64,000 bases of DNA from Tubiluchus corallicola (Eukaryota > Animalia > Priapulida), in the NCBI GenBank assembly GCA_030141605.1, contig JAQGDQ010000133.1, positions 186,001 through 250,000 of the forward strand, in the 5' to 3' direction. Position 1 is the first letter of the stretch, and each line of letters opens with the position of its first letter. Shown here one piece after another: positions 13,316 to 27,400 of the stretch. Under the pieces are notes generated by a model, which saw nothing but the letters and a program-made list of their open reading frames with translations, did no database searches and was not told the origin of the DNA. The position numbers and the translations under genes are program-made.

Positions 13316-15754
13316 ATTAAGCTTGCAGAAGATTCCGAAGGAGGTTAATGTTAGAATCTCCTCTTACTAAATGTATGATTAACTTTGGTAGTAGCATTAT
13401 CTTCAGCAGCTCAGTATGTAAAAAGCTGCTCTCAACTATCCAAACAGTCAAGCGAGTTATTAAAATGCGTTAAGCGTATTATCAAGAGGAATCCAGTAAA
13501 GTTACTCACCGACTAAAAATAAGTTAATGAATAAAATAATAAAAAAATCATATTAAATTACACATACTATTAAACATATTAAAACATAATAAACATGCCT
13601 TATTAAAATATTCTCGCTTTCTGCAGACTTTTGGCCTACAGCTTATAAGGCTTCGCATGATTAGATAATTTATTTATTACTCATAGAGTTTGAGTGCAAT
13701 GTGCAAGCGTTTCTAGCAACATCAAACCAAGGCTTAAATAAGTTATCAGAGAAACACAGAGCAACAAAATTTTTTTTTTAAAATTTTGAAAAGTTATTTT
13801 TCAAACGTTTTATTTTTGGATTGATAAACTTGGATTGAAGCTGGACCCCTGTATTAACGCAAATTTTTCTAACCGACAATTTTTAATAAAAACAGGCTAG
13901 ACCTTGGCAAATGTTTGAGCTGGAGACTAGAGCCGAAAAGGTTTTCCAACATGATACGCAGTTGGAAGGGTGCTATTTTTCTTCTGTAAATAGATTGTCA
14001 GTAAGATAGCACTTTTTGCTGCACCACATGCGAATATGTCAGACACCATGTGCAGCACAGGCAATATGGATCGTCTGATTCAGTCTACCCACAATGCATT
14101 GCACGAGCATGATGAAGCCCGTGTAGTCCATTATAGCCAAATCGAGCAGCCAGTTCTGTAGAAGTCGCACTAGAATTGTGTTTTGTTAGTGGTAAAGGAA
14201 CGTTTAACCTGCATCATTCATTCGTTAATTGATCAGTAAACATGTGAAGATGTGTGTACTGTTAGTGATATAAATGCAGCAGTGAAATCGGCCATGTCAC
14301 ACCAGGTTTGTATGCTTAGCGTCTTTAAATTAATGTCACGTGACCTCAAGGGTGTACAGGATTGGGCCTCCAACCTAGCACACTTGCAATGATGCACACT
14401 GAGTAAATTATAACTGTTTTTGATTACACATATCGAAAATTTGGGTAGCTGCTCCAGGAAGTACTACAGGGAATTGTCTTTTTTCCGAGACTATTTATTT
14501 TTGTATAGGTGAATGTTTGAAAATATTGTACACCGTATTGTATGCTGACATTCACAGACGATCATGTCATCAGACAAAGTTCATTTGCCCCCTCAGATCT
14601 GTAGCAGCTAGGCGTTCAGTGTGGCTTCGTTTAAAGGAAAACGAGATGATTGTTTATACTCAATCTCATTTTAATTTACTGTCCAAAATATACGTTTTCT
14701 TGCCTATAAAAGTTAGCAATTGTTTCTTATATTTGAATAATTAGCTTAGAAAGTTAATTAACGGTAACCGAACACAGCTATTGCTTACGTCAGAAACTAA
14801 CTACAGTTTGTACGATAACAGGCATCTTCCCTTGCGCGTCAAGCATTTTTGCACAAGTTTTACAGTACTGCTTAAACGTGTGATGTCACGAAAATGGGCT
14901 CTACGTCATGTGACGTCAGAAACTAACACAGCAGTTCATGATCATGGTTATCACGGTGCCGCCTTTTATTTGTGACATGTGAACCTCGCGTAGCTTTTAA
15001 AGTTTAAGGAAATTTGGGTATCCGAGATAATTATTATTTAACCTAAGCTTTGATTCAAAATAAGCTATTGCAGTTTTCAGTATTTTAGGGCATTCTTTAT
15101 TCTGAATCAACGTTGACACAATCGTCCAGTTTACTTTTAAGCCATATTTGCCTAAACTAAGCATGCCACACATGGTTTATATTTAATTACTCTTCTCTTT
15201 GTCATCGCCTTTGTGGCATCATGAGGCACCTTAATTACCGTTGCACGTAGCGCATGATGACTTTTTAGGTAATGAATAATGATCCTAATCTCGAAGCTTT
15301 GGTCGGTGAAACTAATTAATATGATTCGACTGTGCTGCTGCTGATGCTGCTGCTGCTGATGATGATAATGATGAGGGAGCGACGATGATGACGATGATGA
15401 TAATGATGTCGTTGGTATGATAATAATGATAATGGTAATGTCAGATAATTAGCAATTATTTATAGCGATATAATTAAAGCTTACCATGAGCTGGTGTCGT
15501 AGAGAGCCCCAACGTCACTTAATATTGCAGACTGCAGCTTTTAGTTAGCAAAAATGCTAACGTTCATTTTGTAGTTATTCCAGTTTTATTGTTCAGAGAA
15601 TATTATGAGAAATTTAATTAAAGATAATATAGCATTTAGCGGAGGTTTATGGATTATCAAAGTGCGCGAAAGTTGTTTTTCCAGGACGTGTACATTTTTC
15701 TTCAGCTTGGTAAATCACCAGAGGTAACATGATCGAGGAAACGTATAGAGGCAG

Positions 15755-15895
15755 TTTTCTAGGCAGTCACCCATGCCAGTTCCCGACCGAGCTCGGAATT
15801 TCGAATTTCGGAATTTCGAAGCTGCCAGTTTCGAACTCATGATTGCAATCACTAATGCTTGTCTGCCGTCCGAAATGTAAACCACTCAGCCGCTG
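15755..15895 (-). mobile_element. SINE-like element copy (tRNA/5S-derived family)
   Basis: Minus strand starts cagcggctgagtggttt (A-box-like) and ends gagctcggtcgggaactggcatgggtgactgcctagaaaa (5S-like GGATGGGTGACCGCCTGGGAA). Confidence 0.4.
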
Positions 15896-18800
15896 AACTT
15901 ATTGACCTCGCTATAACGCGTTCCATCGCCCTAAATTGTTCTATCGTCCAACGTATTTTAGCTTCTTTGAAACGCTTTGTACAAGATATTTACCAAATGG
16001 ACTAACTAATAAGGAGCTTTAAAATTTTTCGAAGCCTCAGTTGTCGTATCGGAAAATATTTAAAAACACGCATGCGTAATAGGCATGTTTGTTGATTGAT
16101 TACAGGCTGTTTATTTATGAGGAAGGCCTAACTAGATCATCAACACTAGAGCTAGGTGTAATAACACGATTACGTAATCTTTCATACTTCGTTAATCACA
16201 CTCAACATATTACATAATTGCAGAAAGTATGCAACTGCAATTACTCTAACATGTATTGATTCAACCTGGCGTATTGACACAATGTTAAAGGGAAATGACA
16301 GGGTTTGAATGTGAGTTCGCAAAATTTGTAATTGTGGTAAAACATCCGCGGCGAAACGAAACATCTTGGTTTTTTGATCGTCTGAGGACACCAATACAAA
16401 AGTCTCAAATAAGGCCAGTGGCCATTAGCTAACGTTCTCTTTGAAAGAGCTGAGGTTTTAGTTAACAGGGAAACAATTTTTTGCTAGATAATTTTACAGA
16501 CAAGAAGTTCGTTGGAGAAACTTGATTTACAAGCAGCTGTTATAACAGACAAAGACAAGATTTATTTACCATTAAGAGACAATATTAGCACTAACGGCTA
16601 TTTATCGACTTACACAAATAACGAATAACATGTAGGGTATATGCCTTGGACAATTGTAGCCGCTAGTATCGAACTCAAGACTTCGTGGAATTCATTTAGA
16701 TGTCTTAGTAACATTCGGATGTGTATTATATCTTGGCTCAATGAGGTGATCAGCCGGGACAGTGTAGGCGAAATTATTCAGAAGCACTTTTTCCAGTTTA
16801 TCACTCATCTATTTACTGTCCTGGCTGGACGTTGCTCAGTTTCGCTTATAAAGTTATTCTTATCGCCTAAACTTTTAAATCGAGATCGCATTTTTTATCA
16901 GTAGCTTATATACATTCACAAGTTACGTAGTTACCAGAGTGGTTCTTGGTTGCTTATGTCTGAGGCACTAAGTGAACTGCGTAATGATAATATTTAACTA
17001 TCTAATGGTCAACCGTTACTGATAACCAACGGTCATCATGAACTATGGACTCTACCGGGACTGAGAAGGTCGTGCACCCCTGAGTCAATACATTAGGTTG
17101 AATGCAGATAGAATTTAATAATGATTATTGATATCTCTGGTGTATGATTTGGAGTCTGTATGTGCACGGGAACAGTAGTTATTGAGCAGATGGCTGCTTA
17201 AATAATCTGCTTATGGACAGCCCAACTGATACACTTTTTATACAAATCCTCCCATACAAGATTATGGGCTACTCAGGGTAGGGTTATGGAAGAAAAATGG
17301 AAATAAAGGTACAGATAAACAGAATTCTTCTAACTAATTAGAAAGAGGCGTCTATCATGAATTGAATGAAGTTGTAGTTGTTAGAAACTACTTTTTTGGT
17401 TGAGAATCTCGCTGATATGAAGTGCGAGGAAAAAACTGGATTTATCTACATTGCAACTGCAATAAAATTATATTTAATAATGCAAACTGTCATCTCTTCG
17501 GCAGAATTTGTGTAAAAGGTTGTCATTTCATGTGACCATACGGACACACTTGACATGCATTCAATTCTAGTTGCATTCAACTAAAATTAACACCAAATTC
17601 AAAACTGACTCAGTGTACATTTCACTCATGAGCGTTAACATCTTCAACTGAAAAACGATATTTATTGAGATTTTGTCAACGTTTAAAATAAGGCGGTAAT
17701 TTTAGCTGAACACAATTAGAATCGATGCGTGTCCATAAGGTTACAGGCAAATAATAGTGGAAGGCATAGTGTAGGCAAACGGCTGTTTTACTATTACCGC
17801 TAGTTTAGTAGGAATTCACTACTGAACTTTCCAGCTGCTTGTTTACGACTTCAGTTACCAGACAAACTTAGCTGCCATTAGAGAAAGATTCATTTTAGCT
17901 AGAAAGTAAAGTTACAAGAGAAAGATTACAGAGTTACAAGAAGGTACAAAGCAAGGCCGCTCTAATAGTACCCGCTTCTTCTTGAGTGCCGGGCTATGAT
18001 AGTTAGGTGATGCCGAACCTGCTTATGGAGTAGGTGGGTGACCACTGAAAAAATTGTTAATGGGTTGTTTCAGCTGCTGTTATATCTTCACATGAAGGAG
18101 AACGCGCGCGTATCCATTCGTGGCTAAGAAATCTCTGCTGGCTAATTTTCTAATTATTAGAGATTTATCCTCTATAATGAGCTAGGTTCTGGTCCTGCCA
18201 ACCGTCTACATTAGTCCTCGATGTTAATTCCAGTTTGCAGACCAGAATGCCGAACTGCATAACATTACACGTGCAGAAGGATCAGTTTGACGAATGAAAC
18301 CGCCCAGAACGGGAATTGAATGGAGTATATCACTTATCCATTCACTGTCTAGCTTGGGCATTGCTTAACTTGACAGCAAAGTACACATTCGGTTATTCCC
18401 ACAACCTAAATCTTTTAACGTGCAATTTGTAAAGTTCCTCTAAAGACTTGTACCATCCAGTCTGTTACACGTCTGTTAAACAAACTGGCGTTAAAAATAA
18501 TCTCAGACGTCACAAGTTTTGTTCCATCGTGAAATCAGAAGAGGGAACGCACTGCAATTCTTTCTTGTTTACTGCTCATTTTGTGAAACTCATTTGGAGT
18601 TAAAATGCCTCGTTGCGGCACATCAATAACTTTCTGTTTATTTTTCAAACTGAAATTGGATAACCCAATCTAAAAAACCCGACTTTACTGCGTGAAATTT
18701 TTTTGCAAAAATATGAAACTTGCAGCGCGATTTGCTGTTAGGTGGTCCAAGAACTGAAGGTTAAAAAGTGTTCATTTATTCTTTCATTATCACTTTCTCC

Positions 18801-20384
18801 TGATAGTTAAAGAAATCGCAGCTTAAACATAATGTCATAAGGCTTAAAAACCTTCCACATATTGTTGTGCAGTTAAGCCGACCAATTAACTAAATTACAT
18901 TTTTCGATACTTTTCGATTTTTCAACACTTACATATGGTGGAACACCCATTTGGGACTAATATTAATAAATCTTTTCTTTTCTGGTTCTAATCCGTTGAC
19001 CAATGATTTTTATTTTTAGTACGTATTCAAAGTGTAAAATTTGTATGTTATTATCGAGTTTATTCCTACTTATTAATACTAAGTGATCATGCAGTATGCA
19101 CAAAATTCATAATATTTTATTGCTGATTTTACTCTGTCTTGTTTAACTAAATTAACCCGATAAAAATTCTCACAGTTTTGGCTATTTTCAAATTGCTCAA
19201 AATCTTTCAAGTTGATTTTTTACTTTATTTACCGAGTTGTTTGTCACCTAAGGGTGTATAAGAATGTATGTGATACGGTGCAAAGCCCATGTTGTTTTAT
19301 TTTCGGTAACGACCATCGTCATATTTGTCAGACAGCTTTGTGTAGGAAGCTGCTATGGCATTCCAGTACTCATTAGTAAGCACGTGCAAACAAAATCACC
19401 AAGTTAGTTACTTCCGTGAGAACACGGGTATAAAACAAATGCGTAGATTGTCGCCAGTCAAATAACTGTTCTGTAAAAACTATTTTCGCAAGACCCTAAT
19501 TACCCTGTTTAAGATTACTGCGTGTATAACTGTATCTTATTGATTACAGTAAATACAGTTTGACGGCTTCGGGAATGGTAAAACCACCTGAGGTGTGTGG
19601 TCATTGTATACCGGGAAGCACGTCTGTACTCTATAAAGGTTTGAATATGTATAATGAACAAGCAGTAATTGTTTCTCTGTTTTCATTAATATTTTCTTAG
19701 TTTAATATTCTTAGAAAATTCAGATGTTGAAGCTAAAATTACTGTGAAGTGTATTAAGAAGTAACCGATGGCTTGTTACACTTGTACATCTGAAAAATGA
19801 AAAAAATAGGAAAATGCTACATAAAATATGAGCTATGGTAGGATTACTGTGGGGATAAAATATTTTAGTTACTTTTCCCTCTGCCAAGGAAGTTATGCTT
19901 CAACGCTGTTTCTTTGTTTCTTTGTTGTATAGCAGTAAGCCTTTCACGCTCAACAGATTTTCACGAAACTTTGCAGAGAAGGTGTAAAGAGGGGACAAGA
20001 AAGATGCATTTTGATGCAGATTCCTGCATGGAAGGGGAAGGGCGAAAAGGCGAATGCGCTTTGACAAAGTGGGCGTTTATCGTCCGTTCTTTTTTTGCAA
20101 AACTTGGTCAACGCCGCGTACAAAAAGCTTTTTCGAAGGACTTCGTGTAGGTCTTAGAGGGAGTGTTATAGCTCTTCAGGAAAAGGAGGACTTGGCTACA
20201 AGATAGGGTAATTCTTTTTTATTATGTCCGCTAGGACAAACAACTACGAGCTAGTTTCAGATTCTATTTCGAGAAATTCTCGCTTGGAAAACTTTACTAT
20301 TACTTTTGCTTACACATGTATATAGTCTTAAAAGCTGACTTAATATGTAAATGCGTGTATCTATCGCTCTATTACCCGCGCCAA

Positions 20385-20414
20385 ATGGCTGCATGCAGAA
20401 CTGTAGGTAATGAG
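20385..20414 (+). CDS. Candidate proximal first coding exon of the gamma-syntrophin gene (MAACRTVGNE)
   Basis: Good initiation context (caaaATGG), 10 codons and a GAG|GTAAGT donor at 20415 in phase 0, 612 bp upstream of the phase-0 exon at 21027. Confidence 0.45.
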
Positions 20415-21026
20415 GTAAGTTGTAAGTTGTTATGATGAAAGGAAACGAGCTGCTTGGAAAAAGAGAATTTTTGTGACTATAGTGACAGCGATTTTAATGC
20501 TCTTTTCGTAGCAAGTTAGATGGTAGTTAGCATTGAAGAACGTTCTGTTAAATACTTTCACAGATAGAAAGCCTATAGAAAACTAGGTTTATAAGCAGCC
20601 TTAGTTTAGCAACTGACATTTGATGAGCAACAAGGGGACTGGAGGAAAGCTTGAAATCAGATCCAGCCTGATCGATAATTCAATTGGGCTTTTTGTCAAG
20701 TAGGTTAAGGTAAATCATCGTGCAGCAACTGTTATTGTTCATTGGATGCTTAACTTATTTGTAATGTATTTAATGATACGTAGGCCTATAATATGACAGC
20801 CTTTTGATGTCGCATCGCGCACAGATTTTGACAATCAAAGGACTCGTAAAAAGTGCTTCAGTGATTAGTATTCTTGTCTTGCGTTGAGTGGCTTGTATTG
20901 ACGCCATTGCATTTCCAGTCACAAAAGTTGTGCAAAAGTGTCGCCGTTGAAAATCCCAGAACAGTGAGAGCACAGTAGCGATTTATCGACAAACACATTT
21001 TTCAGATGTCATCCATACTGTTTTAG

Positions 21027-21368
21027 GTTCGACATGGCATGGTGGCAGTGACAGATGGCAAAGGGAAACGACAAGCGGTGCGCCTTCAATTAGCTGGAAG
21101 TCATCTGACGATACAGAAGGAGGAGCTAGTCTATGCTATTCCCACGGAAATTCGAGACAACACACCGAGGGACAGCAAGGTTAGTAGGATTCAAAAGTGT
21201 TTTTTCTTTGATTAGATTTGCTAACAATAAAATTAACAGTTTTATCAGTGATCTAGTAACTTATTGAATGATTGACTGACTTACTGACTGATTCTCTGTT
21301 TGGCATCCTGCCTCATGGGAGAGAGAGTGAGAGAGAGAGAAAGAGAGAGAGAGGGAGAGAGGAGAGGA

Positions 21369-21422
<54 letters not shown>

Positions 21423-24400
21423 GAATATTAAATTTATTTTCTCATAACGACTAACTCTGTTTGAATAATGAGCTTTCTGAAGGAAAGTTTGATTTTTGCT
21501 TGAATTGAGTAAACAAAAGTCGAGGATCCACCTTTTTTTGAATAATAGGTGAGATTGTCCTGTTTTTATTAATATAGGGATTTTGAGTGACATTCTTGTG
21601 TCAAAAGTTGCAGGGAGTGTTGCTATTGTACTGAACGATTGTTCCTTATGTAATTCATGTAAGTGGCTTCTCATAATTATAGAGAAAACAAGGATTTGCA
21701 CAAATTTTAACAGTAATTAATAATGTGGAGGCAACTGGATGCCTTTGCAATCTTTTCTCACATGACTATCTCATTTTGTCTGAATTTTGCTGCTTCGTTC
21801 AGTTTTATTGAGCTCGAGAGATTTTACCGTTTGTTATTTCACACTCTGAGTCACTCAGTTTCCTCAGCAGTTTGGCGCCTAGGTGAATGAGTCACGCAGT
21901 GTCTGTGTCCAGGTAGATTATTGATGTGAAGAATTACCTCGGCGATGCGTTTAGGATGCTGGTATTACCGGGATCACAATAACGGCATCCTCATCCAGCA
22001 TATAACTTCAATGGAAATCATTTTTGCAATCGAGTGTTTACTTTATTGTGGAAAAGTACATGCATGAATATTGAATGATCACCTTGATCTGTTTAACTTT
22101 TAGGTACTGTCCCGGGGATGTATGAATTAGGGTTCTCCAAGTTTTGATAAAACATGTTGCATTGCGAAGCTTTGGGTTAGCTCTGTGGTCCTGTTGCTCC
22201 ATTAAGCGAATTTCAGTAATCGACATACTCTAATTTCAGTAATCGGCAGTTTAACTACTCAACAGATAAGGTAATTTAAAGTAATATGAAATATGAAAGA
22301 GCATATTGTAGCTTGCTACATTAGCTATTTAAGTCGTTCAAATTGAATTACCATTGAACATAATACTCGTTTTCATGACGCTCACTTTGATGACCGACAA
22401 ATGACTAACCGACCGGCCCACTTTAATTCACTTTACTCACTTGCTCACGTTTCCTACGTAGTTCGCGTGTCACGATGTTAGCGTACTCAATTTGAGCAGC
22501 AGATTAGTCGATATTTGACCATCAACTTACTAAATTTAAGTAGATTTTCATTTTGCCTACTTGACAGAGTATTTCTTAATATAAATCTCTCCAAGGAAGG
22601 GCAGGGACTGCTCCTAGAACTTTCAATGTAGGTCAAGGCAGTCTTTTGGCAGACAAAAACCGATAAATATGGGTTCTTTTGGCTGTTGTTACATTAGAAT
22701 ATTAAATCTTATGAGGAGATGAGTTGAATGACGTCCAGCGAATCGAGGTCACGTGGAGGTTACAGCTGCCAAAAGCAACTAAAGAGTAATGCATCGTACC
22801 AAAGCGCTAAAATGTGCTGATGGGTACTGAATTTTACGGTTTAGTTTTTTAACACCAGGTGCCCTCACTACTCATGCATGTTTGTGACTGCGTTACTGTG
22901 TTAAATCAGCATTTAAGTGGTTGGCGCTTCAGAATACGCCCAATTTTCTTATAGCGCATCTGTTTGTGGTGTGTCAGCGAGTGTGCAGCAGCCAAATACC
23001 CCAGCTTTTGTAGAAATTAAGCGACGGGAAACTAAGGATAAGCCGCCCTTTGTTTAACGATGTGTACATTTGTACAGAGAGCGTTACTTAGGTTCCTAAG
23101 AACCATTTCTTGTATTCCTGTAGTAGGTGTGTAGAATGGTGAGGTACATAAAACTGAAGGAATTTATGTGGACCCGTATCAGCTCATATTAGTAACGGCT
23201 TCGTAGCGGTTAACCTAGATTCCACAGGCTATTTGCATGGCTTCTTTCTAAAGATAATGAAAAGCAGATGTGATCTATAGCTGCGTAAGAACCAAGCAAC
23301 GCGATTGAAATCCGATTAGCAAATTCTTTGTTTAACAGCGTTTTTAGTTGTCCTTCTGTCAAATAGGTAGCGGTTCAATTCATTTTCGCTTTATCGTTTT
23401 TGGTTTATTCTGCAAAGGAGAGCCAAATCTATTGAAAATTGCACCGAAATACATCACTTCAATCTGTCGCTTTGTCATTCTCTCGTTTTAATTGCTTGCC
23501 TACATCTAAATTAATTACTGTGGTTAAAAATTAGGTCATCTCACCTATCTAAATATCCGTATAAATAACGGAGTAACTTCAGCATTGTAGAATCATTAAG
23601 CACAATCTGCTGAAATGTTTTTTCTGCAAATTAACTTTTTATTTAATTGTCAGTAGTAGTTTGAAGGTTTTTGTTGAAAGCAAGGGCTAAGGCAATTTAT
23701 AGATTCTAGATAATAATGCAGAATATCTAAAAATATGAAAATTGCAAAAAACTGCTACGTCCAGCGTCCAGCGTTTTAATTACGCACATTATAAGAGGAA
23801 CCACGTTTGACTTGATTTTAAGTTTTCCTGTTTACTGTGAAAACATAGTGTAGCGCAAAGTAAGCAAACTGTTTTGCACTCAATGTAAAAAGGTATTTAT
23901 AACTGATGACACGCAGACATCATGAAATTCAACACTTTACTAACTGGCTCTTGGTCATTCTGAGAATGTTAAAAGTCAAATACATGTGGGCATTTTGCGT
24001 CCAACTTACTTTGGTGATTTTTGACGCTTCATGTGTAAGAACATTTGCTTTTTTATCCGTCATTTCAGCCATACAGCCAAAGATAAATAAACAGCTTTTT
24101 ATTTTCCGATTTTTGGATTTGTTAGGGCGGGCACATTGCCAATTTTTACCCTTGCTGAAACACCACGATGCCTATTTATTTGATAAAGAGAACTTTCAGC
24201 GTTTTTACTCGAATGTAACAGAGTGAGTTGATAAATGGCAATTATTAATGCTTGTTTGTTGAGGGAGGTCGTAGACACATGTAAACGTTATTGAGACCCT
24301 CGGTCACGCACTTCACTGTCTCACTGCGAGATTCCGGTACAGTCACAACCATCTGGGGACAGCAGTGACTACTATATGATCATTCTGTTGGCGAGTCCTG

Positions 24401-27400
24401 CAAGTCAAGCTTCCCAGTTGTTGGCAAAAGCAAGCCGTGAATAAATGTTGTTTGAAAAGGCAACTGCAGAGCTTGTTATGTATTCATATTGTCATTACAT
24501 TTTTAGAAATACAGTACTTATAAACTTATACAGCAGATATAAATGGGTCAATGGATGATTTTTATCCAAATACAAATACTTCGGGAGCGCTCGTCAGTAA
24601 CGTAAGTATTTCGTAAAAAATTGATGTCAAGTTATTCGAGAATAGATTTTTAGAAATCTTGGTTCTGTGAATATTGTGAGCACCCCTAACTTTGTCTGTC
24701 GATGTTAGTGTTTCTCACTTAGAATAGGTAGTTTTATGTTCGAGACTTGGTACTATAATAAAAACGAATTTCTTAGCACTTTTAATAGATGTTCATTATG
24801 AACAAATATTGAAAGCTTGCAGATACTTATGTGCAACGAGTTAAGAATAAGCAGCAGTCTAAAAAATTTATTGAATTCAATTTTTACATTTTCAAGCTTT
24901 CGCTGCCTAATTACTAACAATTTGATAAATTTGATCTCCCCACAAAATATTCTTTTGCTCAAATTATTGTACAGCACTATTAGCAAGATCTATTTCAAAT
25001 CTGCAGTTTTATGATTATTGTATTCTTCACGCTTAAGCGGGTGCGGGTTTACAAAGTTTGAATGCTTGGGTTGCCAGGCTGCAGTCACAACCATCTTTTC
25101 CTATCACACATGGGATCCAGAAAGGTAGAGCTTTTCCTGAAGGTATTTTTGTGCATTTACACGGCTTACTTCGAATATACGTCTGAAACAAAATAATGCA
25201 TATTTTCAGAGTAATATGGATGACAAGCACATCTTGATAGTTGTGCGTGTTTGTGTCACATTTTCCGTTTTAACTTTCAAACCACAAAGCGACACCTTTC
25301 TCCGACACCTTCTCTTCTGGAGATTATTCACAGAAACAGAAGACTGCGCAAGAAAAGTGTCGCTCATGATGTAAACTCATACTATTTTTCACGATTGGGT
25401 TAAAGCCTTTAAAAACATTATCGCAAAGCTATAGCATTTGTCTAATATGCCACCAGAGTAGACAGACCTAGGAACCGATAACTGCAATTTCAAACGGACA
25501 GAGTTTTTGAAACTCCTCTAAAAATCGATCAACATTGGGCTGTTAATTCAGTAATAGCTTGTAGAGACGTTTTAATTTTATTTGATGTGATGTTAAAATC
25601 TAACGTGTAGCTCCGTTCCTTTGTTAATTGACTAATAACAAAAACTGGTTAATATAATTAAAATTTTTTGTATATAAGGGCGGTTAAATCTAAAAGAAAT
25701 CGTTGGCTCTGTCGGGTTTTGTTTTTTTTCGCCAAAAAATTCGCGAATTGCAAGCTTTTGGTAATCTTCAAATGGGGGAGGGGCACTTTCTCTTGCACGA
25801 GGGTCTCTCACAAAATTTCTAGATCTACCAGGAACAATCTAGGAAAACAAAGTTAAATACATTACCTCTCCACAAATTTTCTGGCCATTCCATGAAAAAC
25901 AGGTACATTCTGTCTTGAAGGCCCACTCACTGGGCGTGCAATCGTCTTCACACTTTACCTGGGCTGGACTGAAGCAGGCAGTCTCCAGGTTAGGCTTATT
26001 AGGCCTACTCGTAACAAAAACCTACAATAAATGTGAGTCTTAAGACTTGGCAACTTGGGAGGCGTTACACAATATAACAATTTAAGTAAAAATCAGATTA
26101 ATCAATGATAATTAGTTAATGCATCATCAATTGATCATAATCACGCATTTTCTTCATATAGTTATCGTCAGACATATCGCAGCTATTATACCACCGCGCA
26201 ATTGAATTTAACAATTTCATTATCATTGCCATCACCATCATCGCGGTAGTTATCGTTATCATCACCATAATATGATCACTAGTATCATGATCGCTGTTAT
26301 CGTCATCGTCATCATCATTATCATCGCTGTTATATCTATTGTTAAACACTAATAGTATAATTTGTAATAATGCTGATCATAGTTAAAGTTATATAACGTG
26401 TTTAATGTACCAGAAGTGAAAACAAAACACAAACGCCCAGCTTCATGATTCTGCTGATCAGAGGCTTGTTGTATGTGTGATGCAAATAATAATAGTAACC
26501 TGGATATTCCAGTTTCATTGCTTTTATACTGGCGTGCTTTTTTTTTACCAATATTTAACAAGGAATGCGGTTTGATATGATTTAATAAAATTCAATCTGA
26601 CAAGAAGATGTTTTGTTAAGGGTGGGGTATGGCTCAAACTCGATGTGAATATCTTCTCTTCTTTAGCAATATGCACTATAAAGCCATTAAGTAGTTAAAA
26701 TTGGAGATTGAAAAACAGGATTATGAAAATTTCGTGATGTGGTTAAACACTGGTGAAAAAATGCAAACCCCGTCGATGACGATGGTCTTTGAAAGCTTGT
26801 ATAGATGTAATTCAAGGTGACATTGAAAACTGATAAACAAACTGTCAAACAGTCATTCGATATTTGACGCAATTTTGTCTGAATGTTGCTTTGATCGCTA
26901 GATGTAAAACAATAGTCTGCATAAATTAACCTACCCGAAAAAGGTAGACAAGGGTAAAAATTTAACTTTTTAAAAGATAGTCTTTTGAAGGTAATAAGAA
27001 TAGAAAGCCTAAACTATATTTTGAAACATATTACCTGAAAACTCGCGATGTCAATGAAAAGTAGAATGTAGTTGGTAGCAAACGAAAGCCGCAGGTCAAT
27101 AGGTGGTATAAAAATAATTTTCTGACCACGTAGTCGGTAGGTACAGAAATTTCTACGTTCAAAGATGTTCAGATAACGTCTGTTCAAACGTTTCATGCTA
27201 TACTGGGTGCCCCTAAAATATTACATGATTTCAAGTTCAATAACTTTGTTAATTCAAATAAACAGAGACTTGGAGCACATTATCAATTGTCTGCTAATGA
27301 AATAAACTTTAAAAGCTCAAGTGTTACTGCTTTGTCACAGCAAAAAAATAAATAAATCAGAACGAAGAAACTAATTGTCGTCTTTGTAATCCATTGAGCT

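Larger units (their letters stand above)
23860..27135. repeat. Segmental duplication unit A (paralogous to about 28240-32725), containing nested gene A
   Basis: Colinear similarity blocks: 24010-24170/28590-28770, 24775-24930/29700-29875, 25033-25230/30011-30200, 25866-26030/30977-31155, 26390-26620/31565-31790, 26770-26875/31983-32100, 27040-27130/32590-32723. Boundaries approximate. Confidence 0.85.
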
